Of a DNA stretch of 64,000 nucleotides, positions 29,431 to 38,922 are shown one piece after another (the stretch's first letter is position 1; the number at the start of each line of letters is the position of its first letter). The notes below the pieces were generated by a model, which saw nothing but the letters and a program-made list of their open reading frames with translations, was not told where the DNA came from and ran no database searches. The stretch comes from Patescibacteria group bacterium (lineage in GTDB: Bacteria; Patescibacteriota; Microgenomatia; UBA1400; PJMF01). The stretch lies in NCBI GenBank assembly GCA_039934415.1, contig JBDTME010000002.1, forward strand, positions 92,746 to 156,745. Direction: 5' to 3'. Made by a program: the position numbers and the translations under genes.

Positions 29431-29475
29431 TTGGTGCTAGCAGATCTGGCGAACCAGATTAAGTCCAACAAGCGG
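29431..29475. repeat. dispersed palindromic intergenic element, copy 4 (short loop)
   Basis: TTGGTGCTAGCAGATCTGGCGAACCAGATTAAGTCCAACAAGCGG. Confidence 0.6.
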
Positions 29476-29495
29476 AACGAATAACAGAATCTCTG

Positions 29496-29921
29496 TTAAG
29501 AATTATTGACTGCTTCGTCTAACGACTCGTTGACGAGTTTATCAGCCGCAGCATTTTGAGCACGAGGGATGTAGCGAAATGAGTAAGAACAAGGGAGTGA
29601 TGATAACAGCGTTCTGGCCTTGGCGACTAAAACTTGAAGATGAGGTTCTTTGACTTTCCAGTGTCCTTGAACTTGTTCAACAACTAACTTTGAGTCGAGC
29701 AGAAACTCAATGCTTTCGACTAATTGAGTCTCGCAAAATCGTTGACACCAGCCGATGGAGTAGAGGAGAGCTTCGTACTCAGCAACGTTGTTGGTTTGTT
29801 CCCCCAAGTAGTTGTTGTGTTCATGAATGGTCTTGTGGTCTTGTTGAACGACGACACCAATTGCGGCAGGTCCTGGATTGCCACGCGCTCCGCCATCAGT
29901 AAAAACGGTGAGTTGAGACAT
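29496..29921 (-). CDS. rnhA: ribonuclease HI
   Basis: FTDGGARGNPGPA, TNNVAEYEAL, DSKLVVEQ, PRAQNAAADKLVN. Confidence 0.92.
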   Translation of the reverse strand: MSQLTVFTDGGARGNPGPAAIGVVVQQDHKTIHEHNNYLGEQTNNVAEYEALLYSIGWCQRFCETQLVESIEFLLDSKLVVEQVQGHWKVKEPHLQVLVAKARTLLSSLPCSYSFRYIPRAQNAAADKLVNESLDEAVNNS

Positions 29922-29926
29922 GTTTT

Positions 29927-30373
29927 TTAGTTTTTCAAACTGATCACTAATCGTCGCTGCAAACCTTCACCTTCTGACTGAGTCACTACTTCAGGGTGAT
30001 CTTTTAACTCAACGTGTACAATCAAGCGTTCGTTTGCAGGCAAGAACGGTAAGTATTGAGGAACATTGCTCTCGATGGCACGCTCCGCAAATCGATGTGC
30101 CATATTCTTCAAAACCTCTTCGCGTTTTTGCTTGTAATCATTGACGTTGACTACGATTCTTTTTTCTTCAGCTTTATCGCGGAAAGAAATATTCATCATG
30201 CGTTGAAGAGCCGCAATGGTTTCTCCGTGATGGCCAATCAGCATGCCACTTTCTTGGTCTGACACTGAAATCTGGACAACCACGTTTTCATCTTCTTCTA
30301 AGACTGCAACCTCAGCTTCAGTGACGCCCATGTGGGCGAGTAGGTCTTGGGTATATGTTGTAATATCTTGCAT
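29927..30373 (-). CDS. jag: Jag/KhpB KH-R3H RNA-binding protein (short form)
   Basis: GMLIGHHGETIAALQ (KH), ERLIVH...SEGEG..RRLVI (R3H). Confidence 0.9.
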   Translation of the reverse strand: MQDITTYTQDLLAHMGVTEAEVAVLEEDENVVVQISVSDQESGMLIGHHGETIAALQRMMNISFRDKAEEKRIVVNVNDYKQKREEVLKNMAHRFAERAIESNVPQYLPFLPANERLIVHVELKDHPEVVTQSEGEGLQRRLVISLKN

Positions 30374-30397
30374 AAAATCCTTCAAGTTTTTAATGTG

Positions 30398-31177
30398 TTA
30401 TTTTTTGAATGAATTGACTTTAGAAACAGCGAGCTTCCAATAAGAAACCAAGCCACCGAAACCAGAGATAAAGTACTGTTGTCCTGCACTGAAAGCCGTA
30501 GTGACGACCCAATACAAGGCAAGACCTGATTGGAATCTCCAAGCGATGAAACCCGTCATGATTGGCATCATAAATAACATTTGTTTTTGCATGCCAGCAG
30601 CCATTTCAGCAAAATCTTCTTCTTTTTCATTTGCTTTTTGCACTTCTTTCTTTTTACTGTCATTTGGCACGATGTCGGTGACTTCAGCGCCTGGTGAGAT
30701 CATCAAGGACAAGATGAACTGACTAACACCGGCAAGAATCGGCAAAATGTGTAATGGGTCTGGCTTACTCAAATCAAGCCAAGCAAACATCGGATTAATA
30801 GCGATTCCATTAATTTCGGTTTGACTAATAAATTGATGAAGCACTTGATACAAGACAATGAGTAAGACGATTTGAACTAGATACGGTAAACAGCCTGACA
30901 AAGGATTAATGTTATATTTTTTATACAACTCCATTTGGGCTTGTTGAAATTTAGCTTTGTCTTTACCGTGGAGTTTTTTTAATTTATCGAGTTCAGGTTT
31001 AAGATCTTGGATTTTTTTCTGTGAACGAAGTGACCCAAGAGAAAGCGGCACTAATAAGAAACGAATTAACAGAGTCAGTACGATGATTGCGATACCTAAG
31101 TTACCAGTCAGCTGATACAGCTGTAATAAAATCTGTATAGTGAAGTCTTTGATAGGGTTAAAAATTGTACCGAGCAT
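30398..31177 (-). CDS. yidC: membrane protein insertase YidC
   Basis: GIAIIVLTLLIR, NPLSGCLP, WLDLSKPDP, GLALYW. Confidence 0.95.
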   Translation of the reverse strand: MLGTIFNPIKDFTIQILLQLYQLTGNLGIAIIVLTLLIRFLLVPLSLGSLRSQKKIQDLKPELDKLKKLHGKDKAKFQQAQMELYKKYNINPLSGCLPYLVQIVLLIVLYQVLHQFISQTEINGIAINPMFAWLDLSKPDPLHILPILAGVSQFILSLMISPGAEVTDIVPNDSKKKEVQKANEKEEDFAEMAAGMQKQMLFMMPIMTGFIAWRFQSGLALYWVVTTAFSAGQQYFISGFGGLVSYWKLAVSKVNSFKK

Positions 31178-31197
31178 AAAAAGTTTTTTTCTAGTTT

Positions 31198-31446
31198 TTA
31201 AACAGTTTGTTTAGATTTGTCGAAATTGTAACCAGGGCCGACACAACTCACCACTCTTTTTCCTCCTAAAAATAACCCTGAGATTGTACCATGCTTTTGA
31301 ATCTGCTGGATTGTATATTGGCTGCAGGTAGGGGAGTAGCGACACTGGAAGTGAAAACCAAACACACTTTGCAAAACAGCATTAAGTACTGGACTCAATA
31401 TGTTTTGGTAGGCTTTGATCAGCGTAATGGAAAGGCGTTTCATCAT
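31198..31446 (-). CDS. yidD: membrane protein insertion efficiency factor YidD
   Basis: IKAYQ..LSP, CRYSPTCSQY. Confidence 0.92.
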   Translation of the reverse strand: MMKRLSITLIKAYQNILSPVLNAVLQSVFGFHFQCRYSPTCSQYTIQQIQKHGTISGLFLGGKRVVSCVGPGYNFDKSKQTV

Positions 31447-31766
31447 GAGTTGAGCTGTTGAACAGCGGTGTTGACCATTTCGTTTAGTACAGAAAAAGAT
31501 TTTCCCAAACTCGTTTTGAACAGCACTACCACGACTTGTTTGGACTCAAAACCTGCTTGCTGAGCGACGAGGATGGCTCGCATTCGTCTCAGGATTTTGT
31601 GACGTTCGGTTGCCTTTAAACTGACTTTTTTGGGTACCACGACGGCAAACTGAGTCTGCTCTGCAGGGCGATACAATACTTGAAATAAAGGGAAATTCTT
31701 ACGCTTCGCTGTTTTGAAAAAGTCTTTCTCTTGACGTAATTGTAAGCGAATGTGTTTAGGAAACAT
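31443..31766 (-). CDS. rnpA: ribonuclease P protein component
   Basis: FAVVVPKKVSLKATERHKILR (RNR-like motif); located between rpmH and yidD. Confidence 0.88.
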   Translation of the reverse strand: MFPKHIRLQLRQEKDFFKTAKRKNFPLFQVLYRPAEQTQFAVVVPKKVSLKATERHKILRRMRAILVAQQAGFESKQVVVVLFKTSLGKSFSVLNEMVNTAVQQLNS

Positions 31767-31768
31767 TA

Positions 31769-31912
31769 TTAAACCGTTAATTTTTTGCGCCCTTTAGCAC
31801 GTCGTCTCTTGAGTACAGTACGACCATCGTTTGTCATCATGCGTTTCATGAATCCATGAACTCTGACGCGTTTCATTTTTTTTGGCTGCCAAGTGCGTTT
31901 TGTTTTTGCCAT
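31769..31912 (-). CDS. rpmH: 50S ribosomal protein L34 (not in ORF track)
   Basis: Hand translation [47 protein letters not shown]; AAGGAG RBS. Confidence 0.97.
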   Translation of the reverse strand: MAKTKRTWQPKKMKRVRVHGFMKRMMTNDGRTVLKRRRAKGRKKLTV

Positions 31913-32115
31913 ACACTAACTCCTTAACATTGTAGTCTGAAGGAAGTATTGTACTCGAGATTGTTCTTCCGCACAAGGATTGAGGAAAAACAGGAAGAAT
32001 TCATCATAACCAGGGATAACAACGCTCAAAAAACTTTTTCAGTGCTTCCTTTTGGGGAGGTAATAAAAATGTGGAACAATTTGTGGAACAATTTATTTTA
32101 GGTCAATTCAGCCCA

Positions 32116-33216
32116 TCATGAATTTAACCGAAATGGCATAACGATGTAGAAAAAACCAGGCACTTCAGTGCAACTGAGTTGCGCAGATTTAAGAGGGTCA
32201 TTGCAACGCAGGATGCATTCCTTGCCTGAAATTCTCTGAAGAAAGTCCAGAATATAACGGCCGTTAAATGCGATGGTCATAACTTCTTCAGTGTTTGACT
32301 TCGCCTTTAAGGAACTTTCGTATTCACCGAGTAAAGAAGATTTAGCACTCACTACCACTTGATCAGGTGAGATTTCAATCAAAACGATACTAGAGCCTTC
32401 ATTGCTAAAAATCATAGCCGATTTAACATGATGTTCAAACTCTTGAGCATCGAGTCGGACTTCAGTCGCAAATGATGCTGGGATGATTTTTTGGTAATTG
32501 GGAAATTCACCTTCCAGTGTTCTCAATACGATTTGAGAATTTGGAAGACTGAAAAAGACTTGCTTGGCTCCTTCAGACAAAGACAGTTGCACGCTTTTGA
32601 CAGACTCGCTTTGAATGACTTTAGTAATTTCATCTAAGGCTTTAGCTGGAAACAAGAGTGTCTGAGGTTCGGCAACGTCTAACTCTGCCTGCAAAACAGC
32701 CAACCGATAACCATCTGTAGAAACAACTTTAGCGTTTTTGGCCAACTCAAATAATACTGAGGTTAAAATGGGACGGCTTTCGTCACGACTTGAAGCAAAA
32801 GTAACAAAGTCGACTGTTTGGTTAAAAAATTCGATTGGCAAAGTCATCGCTGTCCCTTCGGTTTGAGGGAATGGCGGAAAGTCTTGAACAGGAAACGTGT
32901 TAATGACCGATTTGATCTGTTTTGTTTTAATCGTCAGTGCTAAATCATTTAAACTCAGTTCCACGCTTCCAGATAAGCTCGAGACAAGTTCGTTTAATAC
33001 TTTGGCTGGAATGACGCAGGCTCCAGGTTCAGTCACAGTTCCTTGAATCTGTTGTCTCATTCCCATCTGCAAATCAGTTGCTGTTAACCAGATATTTTGA
33101 TCGACTGCCTCCAAAAAGAAACAAGAAAGAATAGGAAGTTGAGGCTTCGTAGAAAGAAAACGAGCTGCTTTCTTAACTGCTGAGGAAAGATTAGATTGTA
33201 AGAGTTCTATTTTCAT
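32116..33216 (-). CDS. dnaN: DNA polymerase III beta clamp
   Basis: LTATDL, SRPILT, STDGYRL, EGEFPNYQKIIP, IAFN, YIVMP. Confidence 0.95.
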   Translation of the reverse strand: MKIELLQSNLSSAVKKAARFLSTKPQLPILSCFFLEAVDQNIWLTATDLQMGMRQQIQGTVTEPGACVIPAKVLNELVSSLSGSVELSLNDLALTIKTKQIKSVINTFPVQDFPPFPQTEGTAMTLPIEFFNQTVDFVTFASSRDESRPILTSVLFELAKNAKVVSTDGYRLAVLQAELDVAEPQTLLFPAKALDEITKVIQSESVKSVQLSLSEGAKQVFFSLPNSQIVLRTLEGEFPNYQKIIPASFATEVRLDAQEFEHHVKSAMIFSNEGSSIVLIEISPDQVVVSAKSSLLGEYESSLKAKSNTEEVMTIAFNGRYILDFLQRISGKECILRCNDPLKSAQLSCTEVPGFFYIVMPFRLNS

Positions 33217-33399
33217 AATCAGTTTCTTTAGTCATTCCTTAAAATACGTGTGTCCACTAGTTGTTTCTAAAAGAGATCTAATTGATTGAGGCAGGAAATG
33301 GGTTTGGTGAAAAATTCAAACGTTCTTTCGTAGTATAGAGAACAATTGCAAATTTACAAAAGTTAATTCATTTCAGCTTAATTTCATTTTCAGTTTCTT

Positions 33400-33665
33400 C
33401 TCTACCTATATAAATTAATTAGTAGTAGGTCGTAGTAGAGAAGAGGACAAAAAGGATAAGCGGTGAACTATCACCAACAAGTTTGGGTTATGTTCCTGTG
33501 TACAACCGGGGAAAAAGCGGGGACAAATTTATAAACACCAGTGTTGATAAACACGAAACAGTGCACAACCCAAAGTGAACAATCCACATATCCACAACAG
33601 TTTTACAGTTGTAAACAAGGTTTTCTACAGCCTTTTCAACAGAGTTTTCCACAATGTGGAAAAGG
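33400..33665. other. probable replication origin oriC
   Basis: dnaA-dnaN intergenic region. DnaA-box variants ATATCCACA 33588, TTTTCTACA 33621, TTTTCAACA 33633, TTTTCCACA 33645, TGTGGAAAA 33655. DnaA-trio-like TAGTAGTAGGTCGTAGTAG (33420-33438) next to AT-rich TATATAAATTAATT. Confidence 0.8.
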
Positions 33666-33759
33666 GGGTGACGTAAAGTGGTTAAAAAATGACACAGCCG
33701 CCTTTTTGTGTTGGTGAGGTGAAGTTCTCGTTTTTCAAATAACGTTTTTCTAGTGTGTT

Positions 33760-35268
33760 CTATTCGTATGCTGTTATTTGTTCAGTTGGAACTCCACCCG
33801 AGAGTGATGTTCTGACTGCCTGGACTTGGGTTCGTAATTCTTCATTTGCGGGAAGTGCCTCTTCAATTTTTTTGACTGCGTGCATGACGCTGGTGTGATC
33901 ACGATCTCCGAAGTAACGGCCAATCTCAGCAAATGGTAAATCTAAGTGGTGTTTGATCAGGTACATGGCGATGTGTCGTGCATTGGCGATTGGCTTTGAT
34001 CGTTTTGGCCCTTTGATATCCATGAGTTTGATGTGGTATTGATTGGAAATTGTTTTAATAATTTCAAGTGGTTTGGCGTAGATCTTTTCTTGTTTTTGAT
34101 CAGTGACCTGGTGTTGTCGCAAAATTTCTTGAACGAGATCATGGGTAATTGGTTTGTGGCGCAGGACGTGTTCTGAGTGGAGAGCTTTGACGATGCCTTC
34201 AAGTTTTCGAGTACTGGTGATGGCTGATGCAATGCGCTGAGCGATATCCATGGGAATCGAAAACTGAATTTGTTTGGCTTTGATCAACACAATCGCAATA
34301 CGTAACTCGAAAGACGGTTGTTGAATGTCGATGCTGAGTCCGCCTTCTAATCGTGATTGGATACGATCGTCCAGTGGACTGATTTCGTGTGGAGGCCGAT
34401 CGGAAGTTAGAATAACTTGGCCACGCGATTTCAACACTGAGTTAAAGGTGTGGAAAAACTCTTCTTGCATGGCGCGTTTCCCAGCCATGAACTGAATGTC
34501 ATCAATCAGTAAAATTTGCACCGATCGGTATCGCTGTTTCATCTGGATTGTTTTTTTTGTCTGAATCGCCTCCACAATCTCATTCATAAACTCTTCACCT
34601 GTTCGATAAATCATCGTGAAGTTTTGGTTGTTTTTTAAAATGTTTTGGCCAACGGCCTGCATCAGGTGTGTTTTGCCGACACCCACACCTCCATAGAGAA
34701 AGAGTACGTTATACGCTTTGCCCGGGTTTTGAGAGACTGCAACGGCTGCAGCGTGTGCCATTTCATTGGTGGATGAGACCGCGAACGTATCAAAAGTATA
34801 ATTTTTATTCAAGCCAGCTTGCTGGATTTTATAATCCACCAAATCTTCACCAGCTTGTTGAATACTAGCTTGGGAGAAAAGTGAAGCCACCGTGGGCGAA
34901 GATGGTTCATCAAGCGCTGTCTGATTCTCAGGCACATTGAGTTCTAATGATTGTTGGTCGATAGAAGTGGCTTTGCGCGATTTATGGGGAGTTGTAGGAA
35001 GAGTAAAATCGCCGACCTTGAGCTTGAGTTCAACCGGTTTTTCCACAATGGCACTAATGCAGTCTGTAATCGCAGCCTTGAAGCTTTTTTCAATGATTGA
35101 GATATGAAAAGAAGTAGGGGACTCAATCGTGCAAATCACTTTGTCCTCGACCTCTTGAACATCCGACAAGACATTCGGGAAAATCCAGGTTTTAAATACC
35201 CCTTGGGAAAGGTTGGCAGCAAGTTCTGCACAGACTTTTCCCCATAGCTCTTCAGGTGAGTAGATCAT
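33760..35268 (-). CDS. dnaA: chromosomal replication initiator DnaA
   Basis: YTFDTF, LFLYGGVGVGKTHL, LLIDDIQF, QEEFFHTFN, RDHTSVMHA; ATG 35268 preferred. Confidence 0.97.
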   Translation of the reverse strand: MIYSPEELWGKVCAELAANLSQGVFKTWIFPNVLSDVQEVEDKVICTIESPTSFHISIIEKSFKAAITDCISAIVEKPVELKLKVGDFTLPTTPHKSRKATSIDQQSLELNVPENQTALDEPSSPTVASLFSQASIQQAGEDLVDYKIQQAGLNKNYTFDTFAVSSTNEMAHAAAVAVSQNPGKAYNVLFLYGGVGVGKTHLMQAVGQNILKNNQNFTMIYRTGEEFMNEIVEAIQTKKTIQMKQRYRSVQILLIDDIQFMAGKRAMQEEFFHTFNSVLKSRGQVILTSDRPPHEISPLDDRIQSRLEGGLSIDIQQPSFELRIAIVLIKAKQIQFSIPMDIAQRIASAITSTRKLEGIVKALHSEHVLRHKPITHDLVQEILRQHQVTDQKQEKIYAKPLEIIKTISNQYHIKLMDIKGPKRSKPIANARHIAMYLIKHHLDLPFAEIGRYFGDRDHTSVMHAVKKIEEALPANEELRTQVQAVRTSLSGGVPTEQITAYE

Positions 35269-35424
35269 AGATTGAAATAGGTTTTTCTTGAGGAAGCTCT
35301 GATAAAATTGGGGCAGGAGATCGTACTTTTCCACACTATACACTGAGTTTTGCACAATGCGCAAGCATGGGAATTGGCAGAAAACGAGAGTGTTGCTCCA
35401 AACCCGCGTAAGGTCCTATAGTTG

Positions 35425-35453
35425 TTGACGAAAGGGTGAAAATAGAGTACAAT
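35425..35453 (+). promoter_or_regulatory. sigma-70 promoter for 35500 ORF
   Basis: TTGACG-17 nt-TACAAT. Confidence 0.7.
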
Positions 35454-35499
35454 GTCTACTCGAAAATAAAATTATCAATCCGAATCTTAAAAGGTTAAT

Positions 35500-35760
35500 A
35501 TGCCAAGAAGTAACGAAACAACATATCACAGACCAAGAGTTGAATTGAGTGTTGAAACTCAAAACGAGTTGCTCACTAGATCGATGGCTGCTGTTTTACA
35601 AAATGAAAATATTCAGCCAGGAGTTAGTCTTACTGATCTTTCTACACATGAACAAAATCGTCTAACCTTACTGGCAAATAGACTTTATGTTGAGTTGAGA
35701 CGAGAGTGGATACAAGCACATGTGAGTCAAAAGATAGAAGAGAAGCCTCTAACAGCTTAA
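35500..35760 (+). CDS. hypothetical protein
   Basis: 86 aa, AAAGG RBS and near-consensus promoter. Confidence 0.6.
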   Translation: MPRSNETTYHRPRVELSVETQNELLTRSMAAVLQNENIQPGVSLTDLSTHEQNRLTLLANRLYVELRREWIQAHVSQKIEEKPLTA

Positions 35761-35791
35761 GCAAAACTTCAGATATTGAAAAAAATAACAA

Positions 35792-37681
35792 CTACCCTTG
35801 TGTCTGTTGTTTTCGATCCGCTAACACTTTTGCTTGGGCGGCTTGTTGGTCGTTCATTTTTTGTTTGGCGAGTAATTCTTCTGGGTTGGTCGTAATCAGT
35901 TGATGTTCAGTGTCTGAAGCAATGACGCGCAGCGCCACGTGATTTTGACCAGCAAAGAAAATTCCTTCTCCCACATCTGAAGCTAAGAGTAGTCGTTGTT
36001 CACCTTCCGAAAGATAGAATGTTTGGGTCAAAATAGGCATCGAGGCACTTGATTGTTTCATCAAGAATTGAATCGAAGAGTTGGTCACGATGGCTTTGCC
36101 GTAATCGTTATTCAAGAAATCCTCTACATCCTGAGTGATTGTGGTAATACCCAAGAAGTATTTTCTGGCGCGTTTGGCGATGGAGTGGAGGAATGAGGCC
36201 GAATCGGCATACTTCATGAAGTACCACGCCTCATCAACAATCAAAATTCTTTTTTTCAGTTTTTTCTTTACACGAGTCCAGATAAAGTCCAAGATCATGA
36301 ACATTGCAATTGGACGCAGTTCTTCGTGTAAATCTTTAACCGAAAAAACCGTAAACGCGTTATGAATATCTAGATTTGATTTTTGGTCAAAAATACCGCG
36401 GAATGAACCTTTAATAAATTTCTCCAGTCGAGCAGATAAATTGAGCGCGTCTTGCGTCTCCATACCAATCAGGGCTTTATACAAGTCTTCCATTAATGGA
36501 GGCTCATTGGCTTGAGTTGCTGGATCTGGAGTAATGCCTTTGGCTTTATATGCTGCTACCAACGCTTGATCAAGAATAGCGTCTTCGGTTGGAGTCATCT
36601 CGCCCATCATCACTCTCAACAATGTGTGCAAAGAAATGATTTTTTGGCCTAGCTCGTTTTCGCCTTCTTCATAAACATTCGATAAATCAAATGGGTTGAT
36701 CTTGGTAGTGGCGCCGAAAGTGAAGTTAATATACTCGCCACCGACTGATTTACACAACTCTTCATACTCATGTTCAGGATCGAGAATCAAAATGTCCGCA
36801 CCAAAAATGAGTTGACGGAGGGCTTCGAGTTTAATTGTATATGATTTTCCAGCACCAGATTTGGCAAAGACGACCATGTTAGCATTTTCCAAACTGAATC
36901 GGTCAAAAATAACCAACGAACCATTATGCTCATTTAGACCATACACAATCCCATTATCTTGAGTCAATTCTGAAGACGTAAATGGAAACGTCGTTGCTAA
37001 AGAAGTCGTGTCCATGTTGCGCGTGATGAGTAACCGATCAACTCCCATTGGGAGTGTTGTTTTGAAACCATCTTCCATTTGTAGAGATGCTTTTTTGGAC
37101 ACAATGAGCAAACTTCCCAGCAATGATTGGAGTTGTTTACTACTACTCTCAAGCTTTTCTTTCGAGGTGTCCATTAACGTACAGTACAGACCAAACTGAT
37201 AGAAACGCTCAGAGCCTTTGGCGAGCTGTTCTTGCAGGGTGCGCGCATCTTCGAGCTTCACTTCCGTATTAATGTTGCTAATTTTCCCCGAACGAATGTC
37301 TGACTGAATTTCCGCTTCCATCTCCGTAATTTTGCGACGAAGATTGTCCAGAATCTTGTCGACCTCTTGGGGAAATATGTACATGCTAATATCGAGACGG
37401 TGCGGAAAATTAATTAACGGTGACAACCAATTTGCCGGGACTGTTCTGGGATACCCGGCGATGAAAAAGGTTCTAGTGTAAGTCGAGTTGATTTTTTGAT
37501 AAGTAAAGTCGACCTCAATTGCTTCTGGGGCGATGATGTCCTGAATGCTCACCAATCCTTGCGCAAACTGTTTCAAGACCTTCTGGTTTTCCAGGTCTTG
37601 TGTTGCTTTCTGTTGCTCTTCTTGAGAAACGGGTTTCTTTTTCAAAAAGGGCAGTGGTAGGTTGATTGAGAATTTGGGCAT
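35792..37681 (-). CDS. virB4: VirB4-like secretion/conjugation ATPase
   Basis: NMVVFAKSGAGKS (Walker A), ILDPEHEY, INPFD, LIVDEAW (Walker B), RARKY, TITQDVEDF. Confidence 0.9.
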   Translation of the reverse strand: MPKFSINLPLPFLKKKPVSQEEQQKATQDLENQKVLKQFAQGLVSIQDIIAPEAIEVDFTYQKINSTYTRTFFIAGYPRTVPANWLSPLINFPHRLDISMYIFPQEVDKILDNLRRKITEMEAEIQSDIRSGKISNINTEVKLEDARTLQEQLAKGSERFYQFGLYCTLMDTSKEKLESSSKQLQSLLGSLLIVSKKASLQMEDGFKTTLPMGVDRLLITRNMDTTSLATTFPFTSSELTQDNGIVYGLNEHNGSLVIFDRFSLENANMVVFAKSGAGKSYTIKLEALRQLIFGADILILDPEHEYEELCKSVGGEYINFTFGATTKINPFDLSNVYEEGENELGQKIISLHTLLRVMMGEMTPTEDAILDQALVAAYKAKGITPDPATQANEPPLMEDLYKALIGMETQDALNLSARLEKFIKGSFRGIFDQKSNLDIHNAFTVFSVKDLHEELRPIAMFMILDFIWTRVKKKLKKRILIVDEAWYFMKYADSASFLHSIAKRARKYFLGITTITQDVEDFLNNDYGKAIVTNSSIQFLMKQSSASMPILTQTFYLSEGEQRLLLASDVGEGIFFAGQNHVALRVIASDTEHQLITTNPEELLAKQKMNDQQAAQAKVLADRKQQTQG

Positions 37682-37688
37682 CACTCGA

Positions 37689-38885
37689 TTAATTATCCAT
37701 GCCTGGTTGTGGCGTACTTGGCATTTCACCTACTTTACCTATTGGTGGTGTTCCGGCTTGATTGAGAGTCTGGTCAATGACACTTTGTGGGTCAGGCATC
37801 GTTGACGAATTCACTGCGGACGTCATTGGTGTTTCAGGTGGTGTTGAGACGGTTGGCGACTCGCTTACAGAGCTACCTGGCATCGCGGCTGGCGTAGTCG
37901 CACTTGGAACAGCAGGGACTTCAGGGGTGCTCATGGGAGCAGGTGAAGTAGATGCCATTTGAGGTGGTGTTGCAAAACCAAGATCTGTTTTCGTAAAATC
38001 TGGCATTTCTGGTGTGGTGCTCATGGGCGTTGGAGCAGCTGGAGTCGCTGGCGCAGCCGTGAATGCTGGTGTTTCGGTCATGGTTGGAGTAGGAACGCTA
38101 GGAGCTGGAGCTGGTTGCATCGTTGGATTTGGTTGTGCTGCCGGAGTTGGTTGAAGACTTGTTGGCATGGTTGGGGTGTCAATCATAAAATCTCCTTGGA
38201 TTTTTGCCTGGACGAGAGGCGTAGTATAATTTGCTGTATCCGTTACTTTTTGACCTTCAAACGACTCAGGGTTGTATGAAGAGTATAGCATCTGGATCAG
38301 TTCTTGAGTGGTAAGTTGTCTGGAATACAAACCAATTCTGGCTAGTTGGTCGATAAGGTGATCGCGACGTGGTATCAGATTCGTTTTGGCTTTTTCAATG
38401 ATGTAATTCTTTTCAAAACTCGACAGCGACTTACTTTTGGCACCAGGAATGACACTCTGTGTGGTGAGACCCATCTCAACTGCTGACAGTGGGATGATGA
38501 TGTAAAACTTCTTATCCAGAACGTTTTGATCTTGAACGAGTGACTCCACAAAAGAATGGTACTCTTTTATTTTTTGTCTATAGATTTGGTTTGTCGCCGT
38601 GTCTTCTAAATCTTGAATTTTTTTGAGATAGGCTGTCACGTCTTTTGGTTGAGAACGGATGACGATCTGGATCGGATAACTCAATGAGTTAAGCAAAGCA
38701 GCATAAGCGTAAATCGTCGCGTCTTGTTCACCTTCCGAGAGAAGACCGAAGTTCATCGCAGAGACCGTAATGACGAGTGATGCTGCTCCATCGCCAAGAA
38801 TAATCAGATCATTGGTAATGTCGTACAGATCCAGGAAGAGCTGAGTGGTGGAATTGCTGACGGTATCAGTTTTTTGCTTTGCCAT
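37689..38885 (-). CDS. VirB4/TraC N-terminal-like T4SS accessory protein with Pro/Thr/Ala-rich tail
   Basis: VSAMNFGLLSEGEQDA.IY.Y..LLNSL.YPIQI; lies between prgI and virB4. Confidence 0.75.
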   Translation of the reverse strand: MAKQKTDTVSNSTTQLFLDLYDITNDLIILGDGAASLVITVSAMNFGLLSEGEQDATIYAYAALLNSLSYPIQIVIRSQPKDVTAYLKKIQDLEDTATNQIYRQKIKEYHSFVESLVQDQNVLDKKFYIIIPLSAVEMGLTTQSVIPGAKSKSLSSFEKNYIIEKAKTNLIPRRDHLIDQLARIGLYSRQLTTQELIQMLYSSYNPESFEGQKVTDTANYTTPLVQAKIQGDFMIDTPTMPTSLQPTPAAQPNPTMQPAPAPSVPTPTMTETPAFTAAPATPAAPTPMSTTPEMPDFTKTDLGFATPPQMASTSPAPMSTPEVPAVPSATTPAAMPGSSVSESPTVSTPPETPMTSAVNSSTMPDPQSVIDQTLNQAGTPPIGKVGEMPSTPQPGMDN

Positions 38886-38922
38886 TGGGGTTTAATCTTT
38901 TAACTTTTAACTTTCAACTTAC

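Noticed and set aside
31794-31976. 60-aa ORF in the track
   Set aside because: Wrong frame; the real gene is rpmH 31769-31912
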